DNA from: Chloroflexota bacterium | GTDB taxonomy: Bacteria > Chloroflexota > UBA11872 > VXOZ01 | NCBI GenBank assembly: GCA_965221905.1 | Contig: OZ244922.1 | Location: forward strand, 160,001 to 224,000 | Direction: 5' to 3' | Length of the DNA stretch: 64,000 bases | Part shown: positions 20,699-31,007 of the stretch, one piece after another | Numbering within the stretch: position 1 is the first letter of the stretch | Layout: every line of letters starts with the position of its first letter | Notes under the pieces: model-generated | What the model saw: the letters and a program-made list of their open reading frames with translations, nothing else | Databases searched by the model: none | What the model was told of the DNA's origin: nothing | Made by a program: the position numbers and the translations under genes

Positions 20699-21073
20699 CC
20701 GTTCGGCCTGAGCCAGTCGAAGGCCGAGTACAGTCGCTTCTGTGCGGCTACAAGTCGTCAAAGAGCAAGGGCCCAGTACATCATTGCCGTTCGGCCAGAG
20801 CGTGTCGAAGGCTGATCACAGGCACTCGCGTGCGACAACAATGCGCAAGAAGCAACAGCGCAAGGCATCATTGCCGTTCGGCCAGAGCGTGTCGAAGGCT
20901 GAGCACAGGCGCTCGCGTGCGACAACAATGCGCAAGAAGCAACAGCGCAAGGCATCATTCCCGTTCGGCCTGAGCGTGTCGAGGGCCGATTACAGGCACT
21001 CGCGTGCGACAACAATGCGCAAGAGGCAACGGCGGAAGGCATCATTGCCGTTCGGCCTGAGCGTGTCGAAGGG
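20699..21073. repeat. 87-bp tandem repeat built on a REP half-site
   Basis: Units start 20779, 20866, 20953, 21040 (catcatt(g/c)ccgttcggcc(a/t)gagcgtgtcga...); extra REP at 20699. Confidence 0.9.
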
Positions 21074-21333
21074 CCCTCCGCAGCCAAGCGTCCGCTCGCC
21101 TTGGCGCCACTAACGCCCTTCGGTCGGCGAAAGCCGGAGTGTGAGCCGCGAGTCGCTGCGCGCCTTCCTAACTGGTAGGCAGACCGCAAGCAGCCACTCA
21201 TGCCGGCGCATACCTGTGGTGTCGCCAACTTTACCGTATCACATCGATGAGTCTCTGATTGCCGTCTCTTGCCGGAGCAGCGCAAGTTCGACATAATACT
21301 ATGCAGTTTGTCAATTAGCAAAGTGAGGCAGCA

Positions 21334-22269
21334 ATGGCACGGCGAGTAAGGATTGCCACCGTTTCTTTCCTAATGGGCGGCGGGCCGGTGACGCAGGCCG
21401 CGCGCTACGACCAGGCGTTTCGCTACCTGGAGGCGGCGCTGGCGGACCACCCCGATCTCATCCTGCTGCCGGAGCTCTTTGAGACGATGGGTTGCGTGGA
21501 GTGGCAGCAGATTGCCCGAATGGATGATGCGGAAGCGCGCTTTGCGGCTGCGCTGGAATGCGCCATGACGGAAGAAGGCCCGGTTGCCGCGCGCTTCCGG
21601 CAGTTCGCCGCGCGGCACAACGTGACCGTGGTCTCGAATAACCTGACCCGGGACGGCGATGCGCTGTATAACCAAGCGACATTCTACGGCAGGCAGGGCG
21701 ACATCGTCGGGCGCTACCGCAAGGTGCAGCCCACGGAGAACGAGTACGAGGTGAAGGGGACCACCCCCGGTGACGAAATTGCGCCGATCGAGGTGGACGG
21801 CATCCGCTACGGGGTCTTCATCTGCAACGATCAGGCGTTTCCTGAGATTTGCCAGCTATTCGGCTTACAAGGCACGGACGTACTCCTGCACCCTACCCAG
21901 GCCGCGGGGCCGACTGAGACCATTCGCTCGGAGATGCTGCGCACCCGCGCCCACGACGCTTCCTGCTTTCTGGCGACGTCAACCTTCATCCAGGATAAGC
22001 CCCTCGGCTGGCAGTACCGGCAGAGCCACGCAACAATTTATGATTTCAACGGCTTTACGCTAGCTGAAACCGGCCACCGCGACGGCCACGCGACTGCTAC
22101 GTTCGACTTGGATGAAGAGCGCTGGACAAGCTGGTGCACGAAGTACGACCACCGCCGCACGATGCTGCGCCAACACCGCACCGACCTCTACGCCCGTGCC
22201 TACGCAAGGCTCGCGCCGGAGAAGGAAAACATGATTCCGGTGGAAGAATCAAGCGCAGTGAAGTCGTAG
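21334..22269 (+). CDS. carbon-nitrogen hydrolase (nitrilase superfamily)
   Basis: LPELF, YRKVQ, FICND: E-K-C triad. Confidence 0.9.
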   Translation: MARRVRIATVSFLMGGGPVTQAARYDQAFRYLEAALADHPDLILLPELFETMGCVEWQQIARMDDAEARFAAALECAMTEEGPVAARFRQFAARHNVTVVSNNLTRDGDALYNQATFYGRQGDIVGRYRKVQPTENEYEVKGTTPGDEIAPIEVDGIRYGVFICNDQAFPEICQLFGLQGTDVLLHPTQAAGPTETIRSEMLRTRAHDASCFLATSTFIQDKPLGWQYRQSHATIYDFNGFTLAETGHRDGHATATFDLDEERWTSWCTKYDHRRTMLRQHRTDLYARAYARLAPEKENMIPVEESSAVKS

Positions 22270-22378
22270 TGCCCGCCAAATAGGCCGTCGCTCTTGGAGG
22301 GCTAAGCACAGCAGTTGGGGGGACGAGAGGCTGAATCAGCAGCCCGGTGGGCGAGTGAGAAGTCTCAGCGAGAGTAAC

Positions 22379-22433
22379 CGTTCGTGGTGAGCTTGCCTGT
22401 CCTGAGTTCGTCGAAGGGTCGAACTATAAACGG
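22379..22433. repeat. nested REP-like element between convergent genes
   Basis: ccgttcgtggtgagcttg[cctgtcctgagttcgtcgaaggg]tcgaactataaacgg. Confidence 0.7.
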
Positions 22434-23627
22434 TTACGTGGCAGTGAGGCGCGTGAAGACCTCCACGAACCGGTCTGTCAGGCCTGCCACGCTGTGATCG
22501 TCCACCACGATTTGCCGCAAGGCGCGGCCCAATTCGCTGCGGCGGCTTTCCTCTAAGGCAAGTACTGACGTGAGCCGCTCGGCAAGTTCCGCCGGATTGC
22601 TGGGGGCGAACATGAGCATGCCCTCGTGATTTGCCAGTACGGGCGCGAACGACTCATTGCAGGTGAGCGCCGGCTTTTCGCACGCCATTGCTTCCAACAC
22701 GACCTTGTCGATGGAGCCGGTGTGACTGGCGTTGATGAGCACGTCGCAGCGCCGGTACTCGTCTACCATGAGACGATTGGGTACCTTGCCGACAAACGTA
22801 ACGTGCGCTTCCAACGCGAGCTCTCGCACCAACCCTTCTAGTTCGGTCAAGTAGGCGCGGTCGTCGGCGTAAAAGGGCGTGCCGATGATGCGCAGGCACA
22901 CGTCGAGATCAGGCGACTGCGATCGCAGCAGGTCGAGGGCTTGGATGATCGTGCCGTAGTCCTTAGAGCGCGATAGCCGCCCCACAGTAAGCAAGACCTT
23001 GGTGCCCGCAGACGCAAGCGCAATATCGCCGTCCGTTGCCGCACCGGTAGCGCAGGTTTGCAACCTGCGGCTGTGTGTCGCCGGGTCGGTAGCGCAGGTT
23101 TGCAACCTGCGTCCCTCTGCGGTAGCCGTGGGTTCCTGCTCAGCCGCAGTGAAGTAATCGGCGTCTATGCCGTGGCCGGTGACGATCCGCTTCGGACTGT
23201 TGATGCGGAACGATGCGGGAGAGGCCGTAACAACCGCCGCGACCAGGTTGTGCGCGATACGCAAATAGCGGCTCACGGTACCGTGGGCGTTCCAAAGCAC
23301 TATCGGCACTCCGAAGAGACGGGCAAGCGGCGCGGCGAGAATGGCGTAGCGCGGCACCATGTGCACGAAGACTACGTCTACTTCGCGCCGTCGCAGCAAG
23401 CGCCAGAGGTGGCTATAGAAGTTCCTTAGCAGAAAGAGCTTGTTCGCGCTGCGCTCTTTGCCCATGGAGTAGAGCGAGACGTTTGCTGGCAGGTTGGCCG
23501 CGCCGACGCTGAGCGCCAAGACCGCCACGTAGTCCACCTTGGGGGCCAGGTGCCGAATCCAGGTCAGCGTAACGCCGAGCAGGGCACTATTCTCATCGAT
23601 CTCCTGGGTAATCAGAAGGACGCGCAT
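22434..23627 (-). CDS. glycosyltransferase family 4 with in-frame repeat insertion
   Basis: MRVLLITQE start, VGRLSRSK, GSIDKVVLEAMAC; RRLQTCAT twice in the interdomain linker. Confidence 0.88.
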   Translation of the reverse strand: MRVLLITQEIDENSALLGVTLTWIRHLAPKVDYVAVLALSVGAANLPANVSLYSMGKERSANKLFLLRNFYSHLWRLLRRREVDVVFVHMVPRYAILAAPLARLFGVPIVLWNAHGTVSRYLRIAHNLVAAVVTASPASFRINSPKRIVTGHGIDADYFTAAEQEPTATAEGRRLQTCATDPATHSRRLQTCATGAATDGDIALASAGTKVLLTVGRLSRSKDYGTIIQALDLLRSQSPDLDVCLRIIGTPFYADDRAYLTELEGLVRELALEAHVTFVGKVPNRLMVDEYRRCDVLINASHTGSIDKVVLEAMACEKPALTCNESFAPVLANHEGMLMFAPSNPAELAERLTSVLALEESRRSELGRALRQIVVDDHSVAGLTDRFVEVFTRLTAT

Positions 23628-23641
23628 ACGCTCTAGATTCC

Positions 23642-24817
23642 TCACTGCGATCGGAATGACGTGGAGTCGCACGGCGCAGCGCCTATCAGGCGGAGATAGC
23701 CCTCCGCATACCGTCGAATGCCCTCCTCATACGCGAACGGTGTCACGGCTGCGCGGGCCGCCGCGCCGAGGCGCTGCTGGAGAGATTCACTTTCAAGCAC
23801 GGCGAGGAGCGCTTCGCTCAGGCTCTCAGGAGTCCAGTCTACCAAATAACCGTTCTCCCCCTGCGCAATAACCTCCGGCATTGCGCCGACCGGCGTGCTG
23901 ATCGCGGGCAGGCCGCATGCCATTCCTTCCAAGGTGGTGCGCGGCCCGCCTTCGTTGAACGAAGCGCAGACCACGACCCGAGCGGCGTTGTAAGCGCGGG
24001 CGACGGCCGCCTGATCGGGCAGCCAACCCAAGAGCCGCACATTGTGCTGGAGGCCGTGCTGTGCGAGGTGGTGGGTCAGCGCATCCTTGAGGGGGCCTTC
24101 CCCAACAATGTGCAGGCTGATGTCCGGCTTGTGCCGTTTGGCAAGGGCAATGGCGTCCAGCAGCAGAAAGAGCCCCTTGTTCTTCACCAGGCGGCAAACA
24201 ATTATGACGTCGGCCTCTTTGGCGACGGGTTGCGGTGCAAACGCGTCGAGGTCCAAGTAATGAGAAGGCAGCGCGAGGATCTTAGCTTGCGGCACGCCCC
24301 ACGCGCGGTAGAGCTCCGGTATCTCACGTTCGTTCCCCGCGCGGAAGGCCGCGGCGCGGCGCTTCGCCCACTGGACGTAGAGCCAATAGAGTCTCTTTTC
24401 CAGTCGCTCAGTGGCGTCCGCGGCGCGCGGATGTCCCGGTACGTGGAAGATCTCCGAAACATACGGTATCTCCGCGCTGTCCGCTAAACGGGCCGCGGCG
24501 CGTCCGTTGTGGAAGAGGCCGTAGTCGTGGCTGACGGTGAGGCCGTAGGCGCGTTCCTGCAGCAAAGTATCGGCACGCTGCTCAATAAAATGCGTCCGGC
24601 TGAGCTTGCCGCCGCCGCTCGGGTGAATGAAGACGTTGGGAAAAGGCTGCTGCGGCGCGGCATCGGGCTGGGGCGGCACGATCACGTCTATGCGCTGCCA
24701 GTAGCGACGCAACGCCGCCAGCGTGTAGTAGAAAGGGCCTTTGCGACCGCGAGAAACGTCCCGGTCGCCGCTGAGCATGAGAAGATTCGGCGCACTCTGC
24801 TGTGTCATCGAGTCCAT
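23642..24817 (-). CDS. glycosyltransferase family 4
   Basis: CRLVKNKG, EGGPRTTLEGMACG. Confidence 0.9.
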   Translation of the reverse strand: MDSMTQQSAPNLLMLSGDRDVSRGRKGPFYYTLAALRRYWQRIDVIVPPQPDAAPQQPFPNVFIHPSGGGKLSRTHFIEQRADTLLQERAYGLTVSHDYGLFHNGRAAARLADSAEIPYVSEIFHVPGHPRAADATERLEKRLYWLYVQWAKRRAAAFRAGNEREIPELYRAWGVPQAKILALPSHYLDLDAFAPQPVAKEADVIIVCRLVKNKGLFLLLDAIALAKRHKPDISLHIVGEGPLKDALTHHLAQHGLQHNVRLLGWLPDQAAVARAYNAARVVVCASFNEGGPRTTLEGMACGLPAISTPVGAMPEVIAQGENGYLVDWTPESLSEALLAVLESESLQQRLGAAARAAVTPFAYEEGIRRYAEGYLRLIGAAPCDSTSFRSQ

Positions 24818-24901
24818 ACGTATTGCTGAAGAGAAGCCGGTGTGTCTCCTGTCGAGACAAGCAATGCCTACCGGCGCACGAGACGTGCCGCCATTTGCGC
24901 T

Positions 24902-26092
24902 TTACGCGGAACCTTCTCTCTCTTGGGGCATCTCCGGTAGCGGTCGCTCTCCGGCGAGACGCTGCAAGACCGATTCGGTCTCACCGACCAGGCGCGACCA
25001 TACGTAGTAGTCCAGCCCGTGCCGTGCCGCCGCGCTGAGCCGCTCGCCCTTCTCAGGAGCAGCCAGCAGTTCGTTGATCGCTGCCGCCATGGCGGCAAGG
25101 TCGTCCAAAGGAGTGAGAATGCCCGTCTTATCGTGTTCGATCACCTCGAAATTGCCGCCCACGGCGGTCGTGACGATGGGCACGCCCAAGGAGCGCACCT
25201 CCAGCAGCGTGTGCGATAGCCCTTCATATTGCGTGTTGAGCACGAATACGTCGGCAGCGCGCAGATAGAGCGGCACCTGCGCGTGCGGTACGCGCCCCAC
25301 GAAAACGACCCGCTCGGCAACGCCTTGATCGCGCGCGCGTTGTTCGAGCGCGTCCTGTTCGGGGCCATCGCCAACGATCACCAGCTTGGCCGCCGCGTGA
25401 ATCTGCGGGACAAGGTCGATGAGCTGGTCTATATTCTTCCACGCGTAGAGGCGCGCCACCGTCATGGCAGTGGGAAAGTCGAACCCAAGCTGCGCTTTGG
25501 CGGCTTCCTGGGTTGCGTCCACGCGCACTGCCTCGGTGAGTGCGTTGTAGATCACCTGCACGCGCTCGTCCGGTACGCCCCACCCAACTACCAGCGACTT
25601 CACGTAGTTGCTCGGCGTGATGACGACGTGGGCGTTGCGGGCGTAGAAGCGCTGCAGGCTGCGAATAATCTCCACGCGCCAGGCGTGCCGCTCCGTCTGA
25701 AAGGCGTCGATGTGCGCCACGTCCCAGTTGTGGCGGATGGCGTATTCCCAGGCAAAGTCCCCGACCACTTTCAAGGCGCGCGGCTTGCGCAGTAGCTTGC
25801 TCGCGATAATGGCAGGCAGGTCGGCGCCGTTGACATACACCACGTCGGCATGGCGCGCGACGCGCAAGGCCGTGCGAATGAGCGCCAAGTAGCGCCGCCA
25901 CACCGGCAATTGTCGTGAAACTTTGTAAACGGGGAAGGGAAACAGGGCCGACGTGTCAGCAGGATCGTCAGCGGTGGCAATGACTGCTACCGTGTGACCC
26001 CGCTCGTGCAGCTCCTCGGCAAGATGCGAGACGTACGTGGCCGGACCGCCAATGTCAGGCGGAAATATGTTGGTGATAAAGCAAATGTTCAA
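24902..26092 (-). CDS. glycosyltransferase family 4
   Basis: FPPDIGGPATY, ARLYAWK, YEGLSHTLLE. Confidence 0.92.
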   Translation of the reverse strand: MNICFITNIFPPDIGGPATYVSHLAEELHERGHTVAVIATADDPADTSALFPFPVYKVSRQLPVWRRYLALIRTALRVARHADVVYVNGADLPAIIASKLLRKPRALKVVGDFAWEYAIRHNWDVAHIDAFQTERHAWRVEIIRSLQRFYARNAHVVITPSNYVKSLVVGWGVPDERVQVIYNALTEAVRVDATQEAAKAQLGFDFPTAMTVARLYAWKNIDQLIDLVPQIHAAAKLVIVGDGPEQDALEQRARDQGVAERVVFVGRVPHAQVPLYLRAADVFVLNTQYEGLSHTLLEVRSLGVPIVTTAVGGNFEVIEHDKTGILTPLDDLAAMAAAINELLAAPEKGERLSAAARHGLDYYVWSRLVGETESVLQRLAGERPLPEMPQEREGSA

Positions 26093-26222
26093 GGCGTTGC
26101 CATTCCCTGCCCCTGTGCGCAGGCAGGGCGCGTAGCGCTAGTTTGCGTGGACGCTTCAAGAACTCGCTCATTCCTCCTGTGCCAGGGCTCATCGTTGCTG
26201 TGCCGGTAAGGACAATTCCATT

Positions 26223-26332
26223 CCGTCATTCCCGCGAAAGCGGGAATCCATCTTTCCTTGACCAGCAGCGCGCCTTCCCAATCAACAGAGCGGTTCTGCC
26301 CCGGATGGACTCTCGTGAAAGCGGGAGTGACG
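26223..26332. repeat. inverted pair of CGTC-type palindromes
   Basis: ccgtcattcccgcgaaagcgggaatcca and tggactctcgtgaaagcgggagtgacg. Confidence 0.8.
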
Positions 26333-26471
26333 AATAGCGCGGCTACTTGGAAGCTATCTCTTCGTTCAAGCATGGAGTGTCCGACACTCGGTTCCGTCTG
26401 AGCACATAAACCTCGCATCTTGTACGCCAAGTTAGAGTTGAAGAGGTTTTGTCCCTGGGCATTTAGCGGTG

Positions 26472-26957
26472 CTAACGAGAATTCCCGCTCGCGCCCTCAG
26501 CGGTTGGCGACACTCCTTCTACCCATACCTCCCCGTCGTCGTAGGCCTCTTTCTTCCAGATGGGTACCGTCTCTTTCAGCCGATTGATAGCAAACTCACA
26601 GGCCTCGAACGACGCTTTGCGGTGCGGAGTTGCCACCGCAATCGCCACCGAGACCTCGCCGATCTCCAGTTTGCCGATGCGATGGAGCATGGCAACCCGG
26701 CACTCCGGCCATTGGGCATAGACCTCTGCCGCGATCTTGCGCATCTCCGCCTCTGCCATCTCCGGGTAGGCCTCGTACGAGAGGGCGGTGACGTGCTTGC
26801 CGCGCGCATTGTTTCGCACCGTGCCGGAGAAGGTTGCCACGGCGCCGTAAGCGTCGGTGAGCACGTGGGGGATCAGTTCGTCGGCCGTAATCGGGCGCTC
26901 GAGAATGCGAAAGAATCCGGTCTCGATCTTCTCCGCTGCGGTCATGGCAATTGTCAT
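26472..26957 (-). CDS. moaE: molybdopterin synthase catalytic subunit
   Basis: GAVATFSGTVRN, YEAYPEMA, HRIGKL, VPIWKKE. Confidence 0.95.
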   Translation of the reverse strand: MTIAMTAAEKIETGFFRILERPITADELIPHVLTDAYGAVATFSGTVRNNARGKHVTALSYEAYPEMAEAEMRKIAAEVYAQWPECRVAMLHRIGKLEIGEVSVAIAVATPHRKASFEACEFAINRLKETVPIWKKEAYDDGEVWVEGVSPTAEGASGNSR

Positions 26958-27241
26958 CGGTTTGCTGCTCCAAAGAGTGAAATCACGCCGCCGCTCACCG
27001 GCGGGATGAACGCCACCTCGTCACCGGCCTGGAGGACGGTTTCCGCCGTCGCATACGTGCGGTTTACAGAGAACGAGACGGCCGCTTCCGCGCCTGCCAA
27101 AGCCGGAAACCGGTCGATGAGTTGGGCGAGCACCTGCTCCACTGTCGTTCCCTCCGGGGCCTCTTGCGTAAGCGTGCTCGTGCCCAGTGCTTCCCGAAAG
27201 ACTGCGAAGAGTCGCAGTGTAACCAATATGGTCTCAGCCAT
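26954..27241 (-). CDS. moaD: molybdopterin synthase sulfur carrier with C-terminal extension
   Basis: LFAVFRE...GDEVAFIPPVSGG followed by VISLFGAANR. Confidence 0.9.
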   Translation of the reverse strand: MAETILVTLRLFAVFREALGTSTLTQEAPEGTTVEQVLAQLIDRFPALAGAEAAVSFSVNRTYATAETVLQAGDEVAFIPPVSGGVISLFGAANR

Positions 27242-27269
27242 AGCGCACATTCTTGATGCGACGACCAAT

Positions 27270-27295
27270 GTAGGGGCAATCCTTGTGGTTGCCCT
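27270..27295. repeat. GTAG-type REP
   Basis: gtaggggcaatccttgtggttgccct; same family at 30628-31007 and 44300-44660. Confidence 0.8.
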
Positions 27296-27604
27296 CTTTC
27301 CTCCTCAGTATACCAAAGCCGCTCCCGCGCACCGAAGCGGCTACCGGGGCAAATACACCGGCACAGCGGGGTAGAAGAAAAGAGCGCAGCGTGCGGGATA
27401 TTTTCAGGTACCTATGTGCTTAACGGAGCCTCGCTGCCGGTTCGTCTAAGGTGCTTGCCGGGATAGAGAAGTGAACAACGAAAATGAGTCCAACTTGGTA
27501 CTATGCGGATAACAGACGCAGTACCATGTGCGAATCAAGAGTGCGGCAGACAACTATGCCGCAATAGGACTGAATCAGGCCGGTTACAGGAAGGGGCTTG
27601 GGCA

Positions 27605-28882
27605 ATGGAACAGGATATAGCCTTTGAGATGGCAGCTTCCAGCATCCGTTTCGGCTGGGGAGTCACCCGCGAGGTAGGTATGGACCTGGTGGACTGCGGG
27701 GCGAAACGCGTGATGGTGGTCACGGATCCAGTGCTGCGGGAATTGCCGCCGGTAGCAACGGTACGCACTGCGCTTGAAGAGGCCGGCGTGCCCCACGTGC
27801 TCTTCGATCGCGTGCAGATCGAGCCGACGGATGCCTCGTTCAAAGAGGCGATTGCGTTTGCAGTGGGCGAGCAAGTGGACGCCTTCGTGGCGGTGGGCGG
27901 CGGCTCGACGATTGACACGGCCAAGGCTGCCAACCTCTATGCGACCTATCCGGCTGACTTTCTCGACTACGTCAACGCTCCTATCGGCAAGGGGCTGCCC
28001 GTACCGGGGCCGCTCAAGCCGTTGATCGCGATCCCGACCACTGCCGGTACCGGCAGCGAGACCACTGGCACTGCCATCTTCGATCTGGTGTCGATGCACG
28101 CCAAAACGGGCATCTCCCACCGCAACCTCAAGCCTACCCTCGGCATCATCGACCCCGAAAACACCGCCACCCTCTCGCCAACGGCAGTGGCGTCTACCGG
28201 CTGCGACGTGCTGAGTCATGCCCTGGAGTCCTATACCGCAATATCGTATACCATGCGACCGTACCCGGAACGTCCTATCTTACGGCCGGCGTATCAGGGC
28301 GCGAATCCAGTGAGCGACTTATGGGCGCGGGAGACGCTCGCGATGGTGGCGCAGTATCTCCCGCGGGCTATGGCGGACCCCGAAGATAGGGAAGCCCGGG
28401 AGAAGATGCTGCTGGCGGCATCGTTTGCCGGCATTGGTTTCGGCAATGCGGGCGTGCATCTGCCGCACGGTATGTCCTATCCCGTCGCCGGCATGGTGCG
28501 CGACTACCACCCGGCAGGATATGCCGGCGACCACCCTATGGTGCCCCACGGCATGGCTGTAATCCTCAATGCACCGGCTGTGTTCCGCTTTACTGGAGCG
28601 GCGGGGCCGACGCGCCATATTCAGGCAGCCGGGTTGCTCGGCGCGGACATCAGCCGGGCGAAACCCGGCGACGCGGGAACAATCCTCTCCGACCGCCTTA
28701 TCGCTCTTATGCAAGAATTACAGGTCCCGAATGGTCTCAGCGCCATTGGCTACACCTCAGCCGACATTCCGGCGCTCGTGGAAGGCACGCTGCCGCAGCA
28801 TCGCGTCACCAAGCTCTCGCCGCGTCAGGCCGCGGCGGAAGATCTGACGCGCCTCTTCGAGGATGCAATGCGCTACTGGTAG
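27605..28882 (+). CDS. hydroxyacid-oxoacid transhydrogenase (iron-containing ADH family)
   Basis: FEMAASSIRFG, GGGSTIDTAKAANLY, FGNAGVHLPHGMSYPV, PQHRVTKLSPR. Confidence 0.9.
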   Translation: MEQDIAFEMAASSIRFGWGVTREVGMDLVDCGAKRVMVVTDPVLRELPPVATVRTALEEAGVPHVLFDRVQIEPTDASFKEAIAFAVGEQVDAFVAVGGGSTIDTAKAANLYATYPADFLDYVNAPIGKGLPVPGPLKPLIAIPTTAGTGSETTGTAIFDLVSMHAKTGISHRNLKPTLGIIDPENTATLSPTAVASTGCDVLSHALESYTAISYTMRPYPERPILRPAYQGANPVSDLWARETLAMVAQYLPRAMADPEDREAREKMLLAASFAGIGFGNAGVHLPHGMSYPVAGMVRDYHPAGYAGDHPMVPHGMAVILNAPAVFRFTGAAGPTRHIQAAGLLGADISRAKPGDAGTILSDRLIALMQELQVPNGLSAIGYTSADIPALVEGTLPQHRVTKLSPRQAAAEDLTRLFEDAMRYW

Positions 28883-28937
28883 TGCGCTTGTACCGTGGCA
28901 AGATGCAAGGACAGCTTTCTTGCCACAGCAACGAGAA

Positions 28938-28967
28938 CGTAGGGGCACGGCATGCCGTGCCCCTACG
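28938..28967. repeat. GTAG-type REP palindrome
   Basis: cgtaggggcacggcatgccgtgcccctacg; related copy at 36038-36067 shares the flank tgtcacgca. Confidence 0.8.
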
Positions 28968-29262
28968 TGTCACGCAGGAAATACACGACCGCCGTGCCCC
29001 TTCATGTCTTGCGAGAATACGCGACTGCTCACCCTCATCCCCGATATGCGGCCCGGCACGGTTTGTAATGGGTTGTAGCTCTCGCGCAGTTGCCGCCGGT
29101 TCGGGTTAACGCACGTTTTCTCTTCGGCGTCCAAGCTGTCGGCGAATTGTCCGACACGAATATCCGACACGAATAAGAGTGACGTGAGCTATCACCCAAC
29201 GGAGAGATCAAGTCAAAATTCGCAGTTTCCGCAAGAATGAGTAGATTTGCACTAAATCCCCC

Positions 29263-29315
29263 TTGACATACCAATATATTGTGTTTTAGACTCTCATCTA
29301 CACAAGATATAGTGT
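29263..29315 (+). promoter_or_regulatory. sigma70 promoter overlapped by tandem NrdR boxes
   Basis: TTGACA 29263, TAGACT 29287 (18-bp spacer); TACCAATATATTGTGT 29269-29284 and ACACAAGATATAGTGT 29300-29315. Confidence 0.75.
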
Positions 29316-29387
29316 GCGGTGACTATCATGCAGGGAATGTGTGGCTACGGCATAATGGGAAGAGAAACTGACGTATGCAGTACATGT

Positions 29388-29464
29388 CTCCCTGTAGCTC
29401 AGATGGATAGAGCAGCAGTTTCCTAAACTGCAGGTCGGGCGTTCGAGTCGCCCCAGGGAGGCCA
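29388..29464 (+). tRNA. tRNA-Arg(CCT)
   Basis: CTCCCTG/CAGGGAG acceptor stem, GCAGT-TT-CCT-AA-ACTGC anticodon arm, GTTCGA, encoded CCA. Confidence 0.96.
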
Positions 29465-29578
29465 ACCGAATCGGAACCGGTGTGGCGCCGGTTCTTACGG
29501 TCGATCCGACCATGCGCTCATCCCGGCACTGTGGCAGTCCCGCTTCGCTGCAACACCCACGTGGAAGGATGGGACCCT

Positions 29579-30571
29579 ATGGATTCGCTAAAGCGAACAC
29601 GACGCTCGTTATTCTGTTTATTGCTCGCCTTGGCGGCGCTGCTGGCCGGATGCTCGATGCAACCGGCGGCTGGCCCGCAGACCGAGGCAGCGGCCCCTGC
29701 TGCGGTGGAAGAACCCGCGGACAGCCAGGGCTTTCCGCGCACGATTACGGATGGCTTGGGAAGCGAGGTTACGATCCCCCAAAAGCCCCAACGGATCGTT
29801 TCGCTCACCTTGGCCACGGACGAAATCCTGCTCTCGCTGGTCGCTACGGAGCGCGTGCGCGCTGTTACGTACTTGGCGGGAGACTCAATTTGGACAAATG
29901 TGAGCGAGATCGCTCGGCAGGTCGAACACACCGTGCAGTCTGATCCGGAGCAGATCATCGCCCTGGAGCCGGACCTCGTCTTGGCCGCTACCTATAACAA
30001 TCCCGACCATATAAAGCTGCTTAGAGACGCCGGCATACCGGTGGTTGTGGTGTCGCTTTTCGATTCGGTGGATCGAGTAGCGGATAACATTCGCTATGTG
30101 GCGCAGCTAACCGGCGATGAGGCACGGGCGGAAGAGTTGATCGCCGCCATGGAGGAACGGCTCGCTGCCATTGAAGCTATGGCGGCCAAGGCGGAGACGA
30201 AACCCCGTGTATTGTTCTACACTGCCTTTGGCAGCTCTGCCGGTAAGGGCTCCACCTTTAGCGACATTGTGCAGCGCGCCGGTGGCATCAACCTCGGCGA
30301 TGAGGCGCTGGACGGTCCCTTTGGCGAAATCTCGCTGGAGAAGATCGTGGAACTCAACCCCGACGTGATCGTTACCGATGAGTTTTCGCCGGAAGACAAT
30401 GCCGAGTGGCAGGAAAACTTCAGCAACCATCCCGCTTTGGCGAATGTGAACGCCAAGAAGAACGGCCGGATATACACCGTGCCTGCCCGCCACATATCCA
30501 CGCTTTCGCACTACATCGTTGAGGGTGTTTACGACGTGGCGAAGCTGCTCCATCCCGATTTGGTGAAGTGA
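29579..30571 (+). CDS. BtuF/FhuD-type periplasmic binding lipoprotein
   Basis: LLAGC lipobox, FPRTITDGLG, PQRIVSL, EQIIALEPDLV. Confidence 0.88.
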   Translation: MDSLKRTRRSLFCLLLALAALLAGCSMQPAAGPQTEAAAPAAVEEPADSQGFPRTITDGLGSEVTIPQKPQRIVSLTLATDEILLSLVATERVRAVTYLAGDSIWTNVSEIARQVEHTVQSDPEQIIALEPDLVLAATYNNPDHIKLLRDAGIPVVVVSLFDSVDRVADNIRYVAQLTGDEARAEELIAAMEERLAAIEAMAAKAETKPRVLFYTAFGSSAGKGSTFSDIVQRAGGINLGDEALDGPFGEISLEKIVELNPDVIVTDEFSPEDNAEWQENFSNHPALANVNAKKNGRIYTVPARHISTLSHYIVEGVYDVAKLLHPDLVK

Positions 30572-30627
30572 GAGACCGGTGCCGGTGGTGGACAGGCGGT
30601 TACAATGCCCAACGTCGGCGCATTATG

Positions 30628-31007
30628 GTAGGGGCAACCCTTGTGGTTGCCCCTGTAGCCCCAAGGCTGTCGCAGGAAATTAAGAGGGCAACCGCGAGGA
30701 TTTCCCTACGTCGGGCGAACGTGGTCGCAACAGATAAGAGGGCAACCACGAGGGTTGCCCCTACGCCGGGGGGAACGTGTTCGCATGAAACAAGAGGGTC
30801 ACCACGAGGGTTGGCCCACAACAACGGGCGTATGTTGTTGCAACAGATAAGAGGGCCACCACGAGGGTTGCCCCTACATTGGGCGAACGTGGTCGTAACA
30901 AAGAAGAGGGCAATCACGGGGAATGCCCCTACGGCGGGTGGGCGCAGGTTTCAAACCTGCGCTACCGTGAGTCGAAGAGGAGGGCAACCCTCGTGGTTGC
31001 CCCTACG
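30628..31007. repeat. cluster of about 7 GTAG-type REPs plus one cgcaggtttcaaacctgcg palindrome
   Basis: Repeated gagggcaaccacgagggttgcccctac variants. Confidence 0.85.

Noticed and set aside
20742-21321. Repeat-containing ORFs on both strands
   Set aside because: Products of the 87-bp tandem repeat; no RBS or recognisable domain.
29465-29578. Cobalamin riboswitch before the BtuF-like gene
   Set aside because: Region is short and lacks recognisable B12-box motifs.
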